Source: Myxococcales bacterium
GTDB lineage: Bacteria > Myxococcota > Myxococcia > Myxococcales > 40CM-4-68-19
Assembly (NCBI GenBank): GCA_036513415.1
Contig: DATBZA010000147.1
Span: 2,452 to 66,451, forward strand
DNA length: 64,000 nt
Direction of reading: 5' to 3'
Shown here: positions 16,793-27,340 of the stretch, one piece after another
How positions within the stretch are numbered: position 1 is the stretch's first letter
Layout of the letters: every line of letters starts with the position of its first letter
Notes under the pieces: generated by a model
Database searches by the model: none
Told to the model about the DNA's origin: nothing
The model's input: only the letters and a program-made list of their open reading frames with translations
Position numbers and translations under genes: made by a program

Positions 16793-17367
16793 GCCGCCTC
16801 CCCTTCATCGCCGGTTGCGCCGCGTTGCTGGCCGCGGGCTGCGGGAGCCCGCCGCCGCCGCCGCGGCGCGCCCCGGCGGCGGCTGCAGCAGCGCCCAAGC
16901 CGGTCAGCGACGACGAGATCAAGGCGCAGCTACCGGCAAACATCTATGTGTACTCGCCGATCGGCAAGCGCGACCCGTTCCAGAACCAGTCGGTGACGCA
17001 GCAAGGGTTCGGGCGAGCACACTCGAACCCGGGACGGGTCAAGACTCCGCTGGAGAAGTGGTCGCTGGACCAGCTCAAGCTCTCGCTGACGGTGACCGGA
17101 ACCGCCACGCCGATGGCGATGGTGGAGGATCCCGATCACCGCGGCTGGCCCGTCCGCCTGGGCGACTTCATCGGCCAGAACGGCGGCAAGGTCACGGGGA
17201 TCCACCGCGATGAGATCGTGGTCACCGAGACGATCACGGACCACTCGACCGGGCGCGTGTACCCGCAGAACGTCAAGCTGGCGGTTCCCGTCACCCGCGA
17301 GGAAGAAAGGGACTTCAAGGCGCTCCAGGAAGGCGAGCGCCTCGGCGTCGCCAGGGGGGAGCAGTGA
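16789..17367 (+). CDS. pilP: type IV pilus assembly lipoprotein PilP
   Basis: Lipobox LLAAGC, a Pro/Ala linker and a PilP beta-domain. ATGA overlap with pilO. Confidence 0.88.
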   Translation: MSRLPFIAGCAALLAAGCGSPPPPPRRAPAAAAAAPKPVSDDEIKAQLPANIYVYSPIGKRDPFQNQSVTQQGFGRAHSNPGRVKTPLEKWSLDQLKLSLTVTGTATPMAMVEDPDHRGWPVRLGDFIGQNGGKVTGIHRDEIVVTETITDHSTGRVYPQNVKLAVPVTREEERDFKALQEGERLGVARGEQ

Positions 17368-20015
17368 TGCGCGGCGCGATTCGGAAGGAGAAATGGATGG
17401 CCACCCATGTGTTCCTCACCGCGGTGCTGCTGACGGGCGCTTCTCTAGCCCGTACGGCTGCCCCGGTGAAGGTGACCTCCGTGGAGGAGAAGGGCGGAAA
17501 GCTCTTCATCCATGCCACGGCGAAACCGGAGTTCACCGTCTTCAAGCTGTCGGGACCGCCCCGCGTGGTCATCGACCTGAACGGGGGTGACGTCACCGCC
17601 GCCGCAAAGCCGGTCGAAGTCCACCGGGACGGCATCGCGGGCTGGAGCGCCGCCCAGTTCGACGAGGGGGACACGCGCGTCGGGCGCATCGTGGTCACGC
17701 TCCTTTCGGACCAGAAGTACGACGTCTCGTCGGACGGCACCGACCTGGTGCTCACGGTGGGCGAGCCGAACGCGGCGCCGGCGGTGGCACCGGCGGCGGA
17801 CCCCAACCTCGTGCTGTCACGCGAGGACGTGCAGGAGGTGCGGAATCCCGCGCACAAGCTCGGACAGGTCACGGTGGTGGAGAAGGATGGGAGCGCCCTG
17901 GTTCATCTCAAGGCGGATGGGGAGATCGGCTGGATCGGGATCATCGAGCTGAAGAATCCCGGCCGCCTGGCGCTCGACCTGCACGGCGTCGCGGGAAGGT
18001 TCGGCAAGGCGGGGGGCGCGCTGCTGGTCAAGGGCGTGCGCATCGGAAAGACCGATGACGGAGCCCGCGTCGTCATCGACGCCGGCACCGACGTGTTGCC
18101 GAAGTACCGGTTCGAGCGCGCCGCCGACGGCCTCCGCGTCCTGCTAGGGGAGCCGAAAGCGGTGGCTGTGGGGCCTGCTCCAGCCAGCGCGAAGCCGGAG
18201 CGGGAGGGGAAGCGGGAGCCGGAGGCGAAGCCGGCGCAGGCCGACGTGGCGAAGATCCCGGCGGCGCCAAAGCTCGTTCCCATCCGTGCCGTCGATCTGC
18301 GGACCCTGGAGAACCGGACCGAGGTGCTGGTCGCGCTGGACGAAGCAGTCCGGTTCGAGGTGTCGCGGCCCGACGCAAGCACGTCGGTGCTCACGTTGCA
18401 CGGCGTGGCGCTGCCCGAGCGGCTCGAGCGCAACCTCGATGCCAGCTCCCTGGGGGGTCCGGTGACGATGCTCTCGAGCTACCGGGTACCCGGCGGGGTG
18501 GACGTGAAGGTCGTCGCCACGGTCGCCAAGGGCACGCTCGACGAGCTGACCGCCCAGAAGGGCACGCTGATCTGGAAGTTCGGCGGGCCGAAGGCGGTGG
18601 CGCAGGCCACCACGCCGGCTCCCCGGGCCGCGGCCATGGCGTCCGACGCCCGGGCGGGGACGGGCCAGACCAGCGTGTACGACACCACAAATTACTCGGG
18701 ACGCAAGGTCGACTTCAACGTCAAGGACATCGACATCAAGAACCTGCTCGGCGCCATCGCCGAGATCAGCAAGAAGAACATCATCGTCGCCGACGACGTG
18801 AAGGGCTCGGTCACCATCAAGCTGCGCAACGTGCCCTGGGACCAGGCGCTCGACATCGTGCTCAAGTCCAAGGGCCTGGGCCGCGAGGACGTCGGGAACA
18901 TCATCCGCGTCGCCCCGATCGAGACCCTGCGGGCCGAGCAGAAGGCCGCCGCGGAGGCGTACAAGAACCGGCAGGCGACGGAGCCGCTCAAGGTCCGCCT
19001 GATCCCGGTCAACTACGCCAAGGCCGAATCCCTCATGCCGCAGCTCAAGGACTCGCTCACCGAGCGCGGCACCGTGTCGGTGGACGCGCGCACCAACACG
19101 CTGATCGTCAAGGACGTCCAGGAGGCGCTGCTGCGGGCCGAGGGCATCGTCCGCAACCTCGACACGCAAACGCCTGAAGTGCTGATCGAGGCCCGCATCG
19201 TGGAGGCCGCAACCAGCTTCGCCCGCCAGGCGGGCATCCAGTGGGGCGGCAACGTCATCATGGCGCCGACGTACGGCAATCCCACCGGGCTGATCTTCCC
19301 CAACATCCTCGCGGTGGCCGGCGCCGCCGACGATCCCTCCGCTCCCACCTCCGGCCTCCAGGGCGTGTCCTCGCCAAACTTCGCCGTCAACATGCCGGCG
19401 CCGATCGGCCTCAACAGCGGTGGCGGCCTCGGCTTCGTCTTCGGCAGCGCGGGGGGCGCCGCCAACCTGAACCTGCGCCTCTCGGCGGCGGAGAACAGCG
19501 GCACCATCAAGACCATCAGCTCGCCGCGAGTGGTCACCGTCGACAACGTGGACGCCAGCATCAGCCAGGGCGTGAGCATCCCGTTCTCGCAGACCAGCGC
19601 GGCGGGTGTGACCACCTCGTTCATCGAGGCGCGCCTGGAGCTCCGGGTCAATCCGCACGTGACCCAGGAGGGCTCCATCCAGATGCGCATCAACGCCACC
19701 AACAACCAGCCCAACCCGCAGCTCACCGGGTCCAACGGGCAGCCGTCGATCAGCCGGCGCGAGGCGCGCACGGAGGTGCTGGTGCGCGACGGCGAGACCA
19801 CGGTGATCGGCGGCATCTATACGCGCCGCAACTCGGAGGCCTGGAACGAGGTTCCGGTCCTCTCGAAGATCCCGGTGCTCGGATGGCTCTTCAAGAAGAA
19901 GGCGGTCACCGACGACCGCACCGAGCTGCTCATCTTCATCACCCCGCGCATCGTCAACCGCTCGCAGTCCGTCGTCGCAGCCGCGCCGTCCGCGGCCGAC
20001 GAGGGAAAGCAGTAG
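17364..20015 (+). CDS. pilQ: type IV pilus secretin PilQ with three N-terminal AMIN domains
   Basis: Three AMIN-like repeats (..PRVVIDLNGGDV, ..GRLALDLHGV, ..SVLTLHGVAL), N0/N1 domains and a secretin core (GGIYTRR...VPVLSKIPVLGWLFK). The start could instead be ATG 17367 or 17397. Confidence 0.95.
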   Translation: MMRGAIRKEKWMATHVFLTAVLLTGASLARTAAPVKVTSVEEKGGKLFIHATAKPEFTVFKLSGPPRVVIDLNGGDVTAAAKPVEVHRDGIAGWSAAQFDEGDTRVGRIVVTLLSDQKYDVSSDGTDLVLTVGEPNAAPAVAPAADPNLVLSREDVQEVRNPAHKLGQVTVVEKDGSALVHLKADGEIGWIGIIELKNPGRLALDLHGVAGRFGKAGGALLVKGVRIGKTDDGARVVIDAGTDVLPKYRFERAADGLRVLLGEPKAVAVGPAPASAKPEREGKREPEAKPAQADVAKIPAAPKLVPIRAVDLRTLENRTEVLVALDEAVRFEVSRPDASTSVLTLHGVALPERLERNLDASSLGGPVTMLSSYRVPGGVDVKVVATVAKGTLDELTAQKGTLIWKFGGPKAVAQATTPAPRAAAMASDARAGTGQTSVYDTTNYSGRKVDFNVKDIDIKNLLGAIAEISKKNIIVADDVKGSVTIKLRNVPWDQALDIVLKSKGLGREDVGNIIRVAPIETLRAEQKAAAEAYKNRQATEPLKVRLIPVNYAKAESLMPQLKDSLTERGTVSVDARTNTLIVKDVQEALLRAEGIVRNLDTQTPEVLIEARIVEAATSFARQAGIQWGGNVIMAPTYGNPTGLIFPNILAVAGAADDPSAPTSGLQGVSSPNFAVNMPAPIGLNSGGGLGFVFGSAGGAANLNLRLSAAENSGTIKTISSPRVVTVDNVDASISQGVSIPFSQTSAAGVTTSFIEARLELRVNPHVTQEGSIQMRINATNNQPNPQLTGSNGQPSISRREARTEVLVRDGETTVIGGIYTRRNSEAWNEVPVLSKIPVLGWLFKKKAVTDDRTELLIFITPRIVNRSQSVVAAAPSAADEGKQ

Positions 20016-20026
20016 GAGGCACGGAC

Positions 20027-20596
20027 ATGAACACCCGTTGGTTCATCCTCTTGCCGGCGCTCCTCGGGGTGTCGTGCAGCACGAAAATGAACTCCGCGCT
20101 CGTGGTCAGCAAGATGGTGCTGGGGACGCTGACGACGGTGGCGGGGCCGCCCCCCACCTCGTACTGCACGTACGATCCGAGCGCGGTGGAGTTCGACTTC
20201 GCCCAGATCAATCCTACCGCCAACACGGGGGGGACCATGGGCGTGGTCGTCGAGAACAACCTGACCAATCCCTCCACGAGCAATCCGATCCTCAGGACCA
20301 ACTCGGCCACCTTCCATCCTCACCAGGCGGTGGCCGACTACCAGGAGACGCAGTCGGGCGGGATCACGGTCACCCAGCAGATCATTCCGGTCTCCGGGTC
20401 CGTCCCCGCGGGAGGCACTGGCTCGGTGCTGGTCCCGTTCTTTGCACCCATCCCCGCGACGTTGCTCACCGGGATCATCCGGGTCAGCTTCCACATCGAA
20501 GGCGTGTTGGACGACGGCTCGAACGTGCGCACCAGCGATCGTGAGTACATCTTCGTGACCTGCAGCACCTCGGGCTGCAACAGCGCGTGCCTCTAG
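20027..20596 (+). CDS. putative lipoprotein, unknown function
   Basis: AGGAGG lies 8 nt upstream of the ATG. Signal peptide with C at LLGVSC. Ends in the Cys-rich CSTSGCNSACL. In frame within ORF 19241..20596. Confidence 0.7.
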   Translation: MNTRWFILLPALLGVSCSTKMNSALVVSKMVLGTLTTVAGPPPTSYCTYDPSAVEFDFAQINPTANTGGTMGVVVENNLTNPSTSNPILRTNSATFHPHQAVADYQETQSGGITVTQQIIPVSGSVPAGGTGSVLVPFFAPIPATLLTGIIRVSFHIEGVLDDGSNVRTSDREYIFVTCSTSGCNSACL

Positions 20597-20633
20597 CTTG
20601 ACGGTGGCGCGGGCCACGTGACAGACCGCTCCG

Positions 20634-20834
20634 GTGACCCTCACGCTCGCCGAGCTGTACGTGCGGCAGGGACTGATCGGAAAGGCCCGCGAGATCTACC
20701 GGCGGCTCGCGGACGCGGGCGACGAGACGGCGCGCCGGCGCTTGTCGGAGCTGCCGTCGGCTGAAGGGAAGATCGCTGCGCTCCGGGATCTGCTGGCGAG
20801 GGTGCAGGAGCGGCGCGGAAGGAGGGGGGCTTAG
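20634..20834 (+). CDS. small hypothetical protein (single TPR-like helix pair)
   Basis: 66 aa, LAELYVRQGLIGKAREIYRRLADAGD. Its stop lies 1 nt before the roadblock gene start. Weak support. Confidence 0.4.
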   Translation: MTLTLAELYVRQGLIGKAREIYRRLADAGDETARRRLSELPSAEGKIAALRDLLARVQERRGRRGA

Positions 20835-20835
20835 G

Positions 20836-21198
20836 ATGGCATTCAAGGAGGACCTCGAGCAGATCTGCGGGAAGGTGGACGGCTCCTTCGCCGCCAGCGT
20901 GATGGGGTTCGACGGGATCCCCATCGAGACGCACGAGGTGCGCCCCCCGGACGGCGTCGAGCTGCAGAACCTGCTCGTGGAATACTCCGGCATCGTCTCG
21001 CAGGTCCGCCAGGCCGCCGAAGCGCTGCAGATGGGGAAGGCGAACGAGGTCTCGATCCGAACGGAGAAGCTGGTCGCGGTGGCGCGCCCGCTGACGCCCG
21101 ACTACTTCGTGGTGCTGGCCCTGGCGCCGGAAGGAAACGTCGGCCGCGCCCGGTACGAGTTGCGTGTGGCCGGGCCCAAGCTCGCCGCGCAGCTGTAG
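20836..21198 (+). CDS. roadblock/LC7 domain-containing protein (MglC-like by size and synteny)
   Basis: 120 aa with a roadblock-type pattern (GSFAASVMGFDGIPIE...VSIRTEKLVAVARPLTPDYFVVLALAP). Its position downstream of pilQ matches my recollection of M. xanthus mglC. Confidence 0.8.
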   Translation: MAFKEDLEQICGKVDGSFAASVMGFDGIPIETHEVRPPDGVELQNLLVEYSGIVSQVRQAAEALQMGKANEVSIRTEKLVAVARPLTPDYFVVLALAPEGNVGRARYELRVAGPKLAAQL

Positions 21199-21347
21199 CG
21201 CGCGGGGACGACTTGCGCTCGAGCGTAGGCCCTGACCCGCCTGTGGAAATGGGGACACCATGAAATGGTGTCGCCCAAGCTGGACGATTCCCCCTGTTTG
21301 CGGTAGACCCGCGCGCCCTCCGATTCGGGGCAGGGGAGACCGCGGCG

Positions 21348-21917
21348 ATGGCCGATGTGATCGACACCAGCGAGTTTCGCAACGGGCTCAAGATCCTGAT
21401 CGACAACGAGCCCTTCGTGATCGTCGAGTTCCAGCATGTGAAGCCTGGCAAGGGCTCGGCGTTCGTGCGCACCCGCTACAAGAGCCTGATCAGCGGCCGC
21501 ACGCTGGAGAAGAACTTCAAGTCCGGCGAGAAGGTGGGCCGTCCCGACATCGAAGAGAAAAAGATGCAGTATCTGTACAAGGAAGGCGACCACTACGTCT
21601 TCATGGATTCAAAGAACTACGAGCAGAGCCACATCGACCAGGCGGGCCTGGGCGAGTCGAAGAATTTCCTCAAGGAGAACATGGACGCTTCCGTCCTCTT
21701 CTGGAACGGGCGGGCCATCTCGGTCGATCTGCCCAACGCCGTCGAGCTGAAGGTCGTGAAGTGCGATCCCGGGGTGCGCGGCGATACCGTGTCGGGCGCG
21801 ATGAAACCAGCCACGCTGGAGACCGGCTATACCCTCCAGGTGCCGCTCTTCATCAACGAGGGCGACATCTTGAAGATCGACACCCGGACAGGCGAGTATC
21901 TGACGCGCGTCGGCTGA
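21348..21917 (+). CDS. efp: elongation factor P
   Basis: FRNGLKILIDNEPFVIVEFQHVKPGKGSAFVRTRYKSL, 189 aa. Confidence 0.97.
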   Translation: MADVIDTSEFRNGLKILIDNEPFVIVEFQHVKPGKGSAFVRTRYKSLISGRTLEKNFKSGEKVGRPDIEEKKMQYLYKEGDHYVFMDSKNYEQSHIDQAGLGESKNFLKENMDASVLFWNGRAISVDLPNAVELKVVKCDPGVRGDTVSGAMKPATLETGYTLQVPLFINEGDILKIDTRTGEYLTRVG

Positions 21918-21930
21918 GGAAAGGGCTCCG

Positions 21931-22433
21931 GTGGACGTCGACAAGCTGAAGGCCATCCTGGAGGCGCTGCAAGGTACGGACGTCACGCGGCTCACCTGGG
22001 TCTCCGGACAGGAAACACTCGATCTGCGCCTCGGGCACCCGCCGCCCGTCACCACCGCCGTGCACGCGGTTCCCCTCCCTGCTCCGATCGCTCAGTCCCA
22101 GCACCCCCAGGGCCCGCCACCTGAGCGCGCCAACGCAGCCACGGCGTCGACGGCCGAGCAGCCGGCGGCGTCCAAGGCCTCCGAAGAGCAGAAGACGTTC
22201 ACGGTCAACTCGCCTTTCGTCGGGACGTTCTACCGCTCCGCGTCCCCGGACAGCCCGGCCTTCGTGGACGTCGGGCAGGTGGTGAAGAAGGGCCAGGTCC
22301 TCTGCATCGTCGAGGCCATGAAGCTGATGAACGAGATCGAGGCGGAGCAGCCTGGCCGCCTGGTGGAAGCGCTGGTCGAGAACGGCAGCCCGGTCGAATA
22401 CGGCGAGGCGCTCTTCCGGTTCGAGCCGGCCTA

Positions 22434-22434
<1 letters not shown>
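21931..22434 (+). CDS. accB: acetyl-CoA carboxylase biotin carboxyl carrier protein
   Basis: Biotinyl motif [15 protein letters not shown] with a Pro/Ala linker. Confidence 0.95.
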
Positions 22435-23783
<1,349 letters not shown>

Positions 23784-23834
23784 CGCAGCGCGGAATCGGG
23801 CCGGACAGTCGAGCGTCTACCTCGGTCTACATCC

Positions 23835-23864
23835 TTGACCCAAAAGCGGATTCCCCGTTACGGT
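23835..23864 (+). promoter_or_regulatory. possible sigma70-type promoter for the TPR gene
   Basis: TTGACC, 18 nt, TACGGT, about 50 bp upstream of ATG 23915. Confidence 0.3.
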
Positions 23865-23914
23865 GAGTCGCTGGATCGCAGTCCCTCCCCACAGCCCCGC
23901 GAGCCCTCCGGCCG

Positions 23915-26389
23915 ATGGACAAAAACAAGGTCATCGAGTCAGCCGCGAAGCTGATCGCGAAGGGGGCGCTCGACAAAGCCGTCAAGGAATACCAGCGCGT
24001 CCTGGAGGTGGATCCCGACGACGTGCGCGTCCTGCAGAAGCTCGCCGAGCTGTACCAGAAGATGAACCGGAAGGCGGAGGCGGCGGATTGCTTCGAGAAG
24101 GTCGCGCGGACGTACTCGCAGCAGGGCTTCTACTTGAAGGCGGTCGCGCTCTACAAGCAGGTGCTGAAGGTCATCGATCGCGTCGAGGTCAGCATCCGCC
24201 TCGCCGAGTTGTACCAGCAACTCGGATTGGTGGGCGATGCGACCAAGGAATGGCAGAACGTCGCCGCCCACTACGAGAAAGCAGGCGACACCAAGGCGAG
24301 CCTCGACACCCTCAAGAAGCTGGTCGACCTGGATCCGGACAACGTCGCTGCCCGCATCCGCCTCGGCGAGCAGTACGCGCGGCAGGACAATCCCATCGAG
24401 GCGGTGGCGGAGCTCCGGCGCGCGGCGCAGTACCTGCAGCGCAACGGCAGGCACGACGACTACCTGAGGGTGGCGGAGCGCATCAGCCACCTCGACCAGA
24501 ACGACGTGCCGCTGGCGAAGGAGCTGGCCGAGCAGTACTTGAGCCGCGGCGATTCGAAGCGGGCGCTGGCCAAGCTGCAGATCTGCTTCAAGGCGAACCC
24601 GCGCGAGCTCGGGACCCTGCAGATGCTGGCGCGCGCGTTCCAGGATCTGGGGCAGGTTTCCAAGACGGTGTCGGTCCTGAAGGAGCTCGGCCGCGTCCAT
24701 CTCGATGCCGGCCGGCCGGACGACGCGCGCAAGATCTGGACGCAGGCGCAGGAGCTCGCGCCGGACGATGCCGAGGTGAGGGCGTCGCTGAAGAGCATGG
24801 GGAGCGGCGACGCGCAACGATCCAAGGCGCCGGAGCCCGCCCGCGGAACGCCGCCCAGGTCGGCGCCGGGCCCCGTGGCAAGGGCCGCGCCCCCCTCGCC
24901 GCCGAGGGCCGCTGCCCCGCCGGCGCGCACGCCGCCCGCACCGGTCCCGGTCGCCGCGCCCGCCCGTCCGCCCACGACGCCGATCATGGGAGCGCGCCCG
25001 CCCGCTGCCTCCCTCCAGGCATCCGGCTCCGGCTCCGCTCCGACGACGCTCTCGCAGGTCCCCAAGCTCCTCAAGGAGACCGAGGTCTACGTCAAGTACG
25101 GCCTGCACGACAAAGCCACCGAGCACCTGCGCCGCATCTTCTCGGTCGACCCGGACAACATCGACGCGCACGAGAGGGCAAAGACGGTCGCGCTGGCGAT
25201 GGGGAACACCGAGGAGGCGATGGCCTCGCTCACCACCCTGCTGCGGCTCTGCACGCAGAAGCGCGATCCGCGCACCGCTGCGGTCCGGGCCGAGCTGCAG
25301 GCGCTGAAATCGCCGGGCGCTCCGGCTGCCGTTTCGCTGGGAAGGCCGCAGGACGAGATGGTGCTCGAGGACGAGCCGCTCGACGTCGAGACGCTCGCCG
25401 CCGCGGGCGACGGCGAGCTGGAGCTGGAGGCGGAGGGGGCGGCCGAAGCTGTCGTCGACGAGGAATTGCTCGACGCCGAGCCGGTGGCCGAGGGCGAGGA
25501 CGAGTTCGCCGGGGACCTGGCGGAAGCGGACTTCTACATCCAGGCCGGCCTGGCCGACGACGCACGGGCCATCCTCGAGGCGATCACGCTGGCAGCGCCG
25601 GACAACCCGGGGGCGGTGGAACGCTTGCGCAAGCTCGGCGGCTCCCGGCCGGCAGCGAACCGGGGATCGAGCCAGGAGCACGACGATCTGGCCGCGGAGC
25701 TCGCCGCGGAGCTGGCGGCGGAGGTCGGCCTGCAGACGGTCGACGACGACAAGCCGCTCGATGCCGACGTGCTCGAATCGTTCCAGGTCCCCGCCGACGA
25801 GGTCCTGGGAGAGTTCCGCGCCAAGGTCCAGCAGCTGGTCCGGCCCGAGGACGTCCAGACCCATTACGACCTGGGAATCGCCTACAAGGAAATGGGCCTC
25901 CTGGAGGAAGCGATCGCCGAGTTCGACGTCGCGCTGCGACACGGCGGGGGCACGCGGGCCGCGGATTCGCTCACCATGCTCGGAATGTGCGAGATGGAGC
26001 GGGGGAACGCGGATACGGCCGTCGCCCACTTCGAGCAAGGCCTCGAGCTGCCTGATCTGACGCCGCCCGCACGGCATGCGCTCCAGTTCGAGCTGGGTGG
26101 GGTGTACGAGGCCCGCGGGCTCGACGCCGAAGCCTTCGAATGGTACCAGGCCATCCACGCCGAGGATCCGAGCTTCCGCGACGTGGCCGAGCGGGTCCAG
26201 CGGCTGGGCGGCAGTGTGAAACCGTCCGCGAGGCCGATGGCGCGGCCGGTGTCGAGGCCCGCCGTGGCCGCGAGGAGGGCCGCTGCCCAGTCGACCGGTA
26301 CGCCGGCGACCGCCGGGTCGCGCGGCGCGAGCTCACCCGACCCGGGTCCTGAGCCCGCCCGCAAGAACCGGAAGATCGGCTTCGTCTGA
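23915..26389 (+). CDS. tetratricopeptide repeat protein (SgmX-like by synteny and N-terminal TPR array)
   Basis: 824 aa. N-terminal and C-terminal TPR blocks are separated by a Pro/Ala-rich and an acidic low-complexity region. It sits downstream of pilQ...accC, as I recall for M. xanthus sgmX. Confidence 0.8.
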   Translation: MDKNKVIESAAKLIAKGALDKAVKEYQRVLEVDPDDVRVLQKLAELYQKMNRKAEAADCFEKVARTYSQQGFYLKAVALYKQVLKVIDRVEVSIRLAELYQQLGLVGDATKEWQNVAAHYEKAGDTKASLDTLKKLVDLDPDNVAARIRLGEQYARQDNPIEAVAELRRAAQYLQRNGRHDDYLRVAERISHLDQNDVPLAKELAEQYLSRGDSKRALAKLQICFKANPRELGTLQMLARAFQDLGQVSKTVSVLKELGRVHLDAGRPDDARKIWTQAQELAPDDAEVRASLKSMGSGDAQRSKAPEPARGTPPRSAPGPVARAAPPSPPRAAAPPARTPPAPVPVAAPARPPTTPIMGARPPAASLQASGSGSAPTTLSQVPKLLKETEVYVKYGLHDKATEHLRRIFSVDPDNIDAHERAKTVALAMGNTEEAMASLTTLLRLCTQKRDPRTAAVRAELQALKSPGAPAAVSLGRPQDEMVLEDEPLDVETLAAAGDGELELEAEGAAEAVVDEELLDAEPVAEGEDEFAGDLAEADFYIQAGLADDARAILEAITLAAPDNPGAVERLRKLGGSRPAANRGSSQEHDDLAAELAAELAAEVGLQTVDDDKPLDADVLESFQVPADEVLGEFRAKVQQLVRPEDVQTHYDLGIAYKEMGLLEEAIAEFDVALRHGGGTRAADSLTMLGMCEMERGNADTAVAHFEQGLELPDLTPPARHALQFELGGVYEARGLDAEAFEWYQAIHAEDPSFRDVAERVQRLGGSVKPSARPMARPVSRPAVAARRAAAQSTGTPATAGSRGASSPDPGPEPARKNRKIGFV

Positions 26390-27336
26390 TGAACTATCTC
26401 GACTACTACGAGCTGGCCCAGGAGCCGTTCTCGAACGCCCCGGTCTCGCGCTTCTACTTCAACTCGCCGCAGCACTCGCAAGCCCTGGTGCGGCTCACGC
26501 ACCTCTGCTCGCAGATGAAGGGGCTCGGCATCCTCGTCGGAGACATCGGGGCGGGGAAGACAACGCTGGCGCGCCGGCTGCTCGACTCGCTTCCGGAGAA
26601 CGAGTACGAGGCCGCCCTGCTGGTGATCATCCACAGCGGCGTGACCGCTTCCTGGCTGCTCAAGCGCGTCGCCCTGCAGCTGGGCGTCGACGCGCCCAGC
26701 GAGGACAAGCTCACCTTGCTCGGCCAGCTCTACCAGCGGCTGGTCCGCATCTACGAGTCCGGCAAGAAGGCGGTGGTCCTGATCGACGAAGCGCAGATGC
26801 TCGCCACCCGGGAGCTGATGGAGGAGTTCCGCGGGCTGCTCAACCTGGAAGTCCCGGAACGGAAGCTGCTGAACCTGATCTTCTTCGGGTTGCCGGAGAT
26901 CGAGCAGAACCTGAAGCTCGATGCGCCGCTGGCGCAGCGCGTGGCCATGAAATACCGGCTGGACCACCTCAATGCGGATAGCACCGAGGCCTACATCAAG
27001 CACCGCCTGCGGCTGGGAGGAGCGGCGCGGATGCCGTTCACGCCGGGCGCCGTGACCGCGGTCCATCGGTTTTCTAGCGGCACGCCCAGGGTGATCAATA
27101 CTCTCTGCGACAACGCGCTGTTCGAGGGCTACGTGGCCAGGGTCCCGATGATCGACGAGCAGATGATCGAACGTGTCGCCCACGACCTCGCCCTCGACGG
27201 CGCCGCTGCTAACGGCCAGGCCGGAGGGGCGAAGCGGCCGGTCTCCGTTCCACCCCCCGCCGCGGTGGAACGAGGCAAGCCGATCGACCTCGGGGAGATC
27301 GATCGGTACCTGGCGGGGCTCGCGAAGCCGAGCTGA
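26389..27336 (+). CDS. ExeA/GspA-like AAA family ATPase (cytoplasmic domain only)
   Basis: FYFNSPQH, Walker A GDIGAGKTT, Walker B VVLIDEAQ. No TM or peptidoglycan-binding domain. TGATG overlap with the upstream gene. Confidence 0.8.
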   Translation: MNYLDYYELAQEPFSNAPVSRFYFNSPQHSQALVRLTHLCSQMKGLGILVGDIGAGKTTLARRLLDSLPENEYEAALLVIIHSGVTASWLLKRVALQLGVDAPSEDKLTLLGQLYQRLVRIYESGKKAVVLIDEAQMLATRELMEEFRGLLNLEVPERKLLNLIFFGLPEIEQNLKLDAPLAQRVAMKYRLDHLNADSTEAYIKHRLRLGGAARMPFTPGAVTAVHRFSSGTPRVINTLCDNALFEGYVARVPMIDEQMIERVAHDLALDGAAANGQAGGAKRPVSVPPPAAVERGKPIDLGEIDRYLAGLAKPS

Positions 27337-27340
27337 CCTG

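Noticed and set aside
21254-21272. Hairpin GACACCAT-gaa-ATGGTGTC between the roadblock gene and efp as a terminator or regulatory element.
   Set aside because: It is a perfect 8-bp stem but short, with no U-tract and no second copy. There is too little to call a function.
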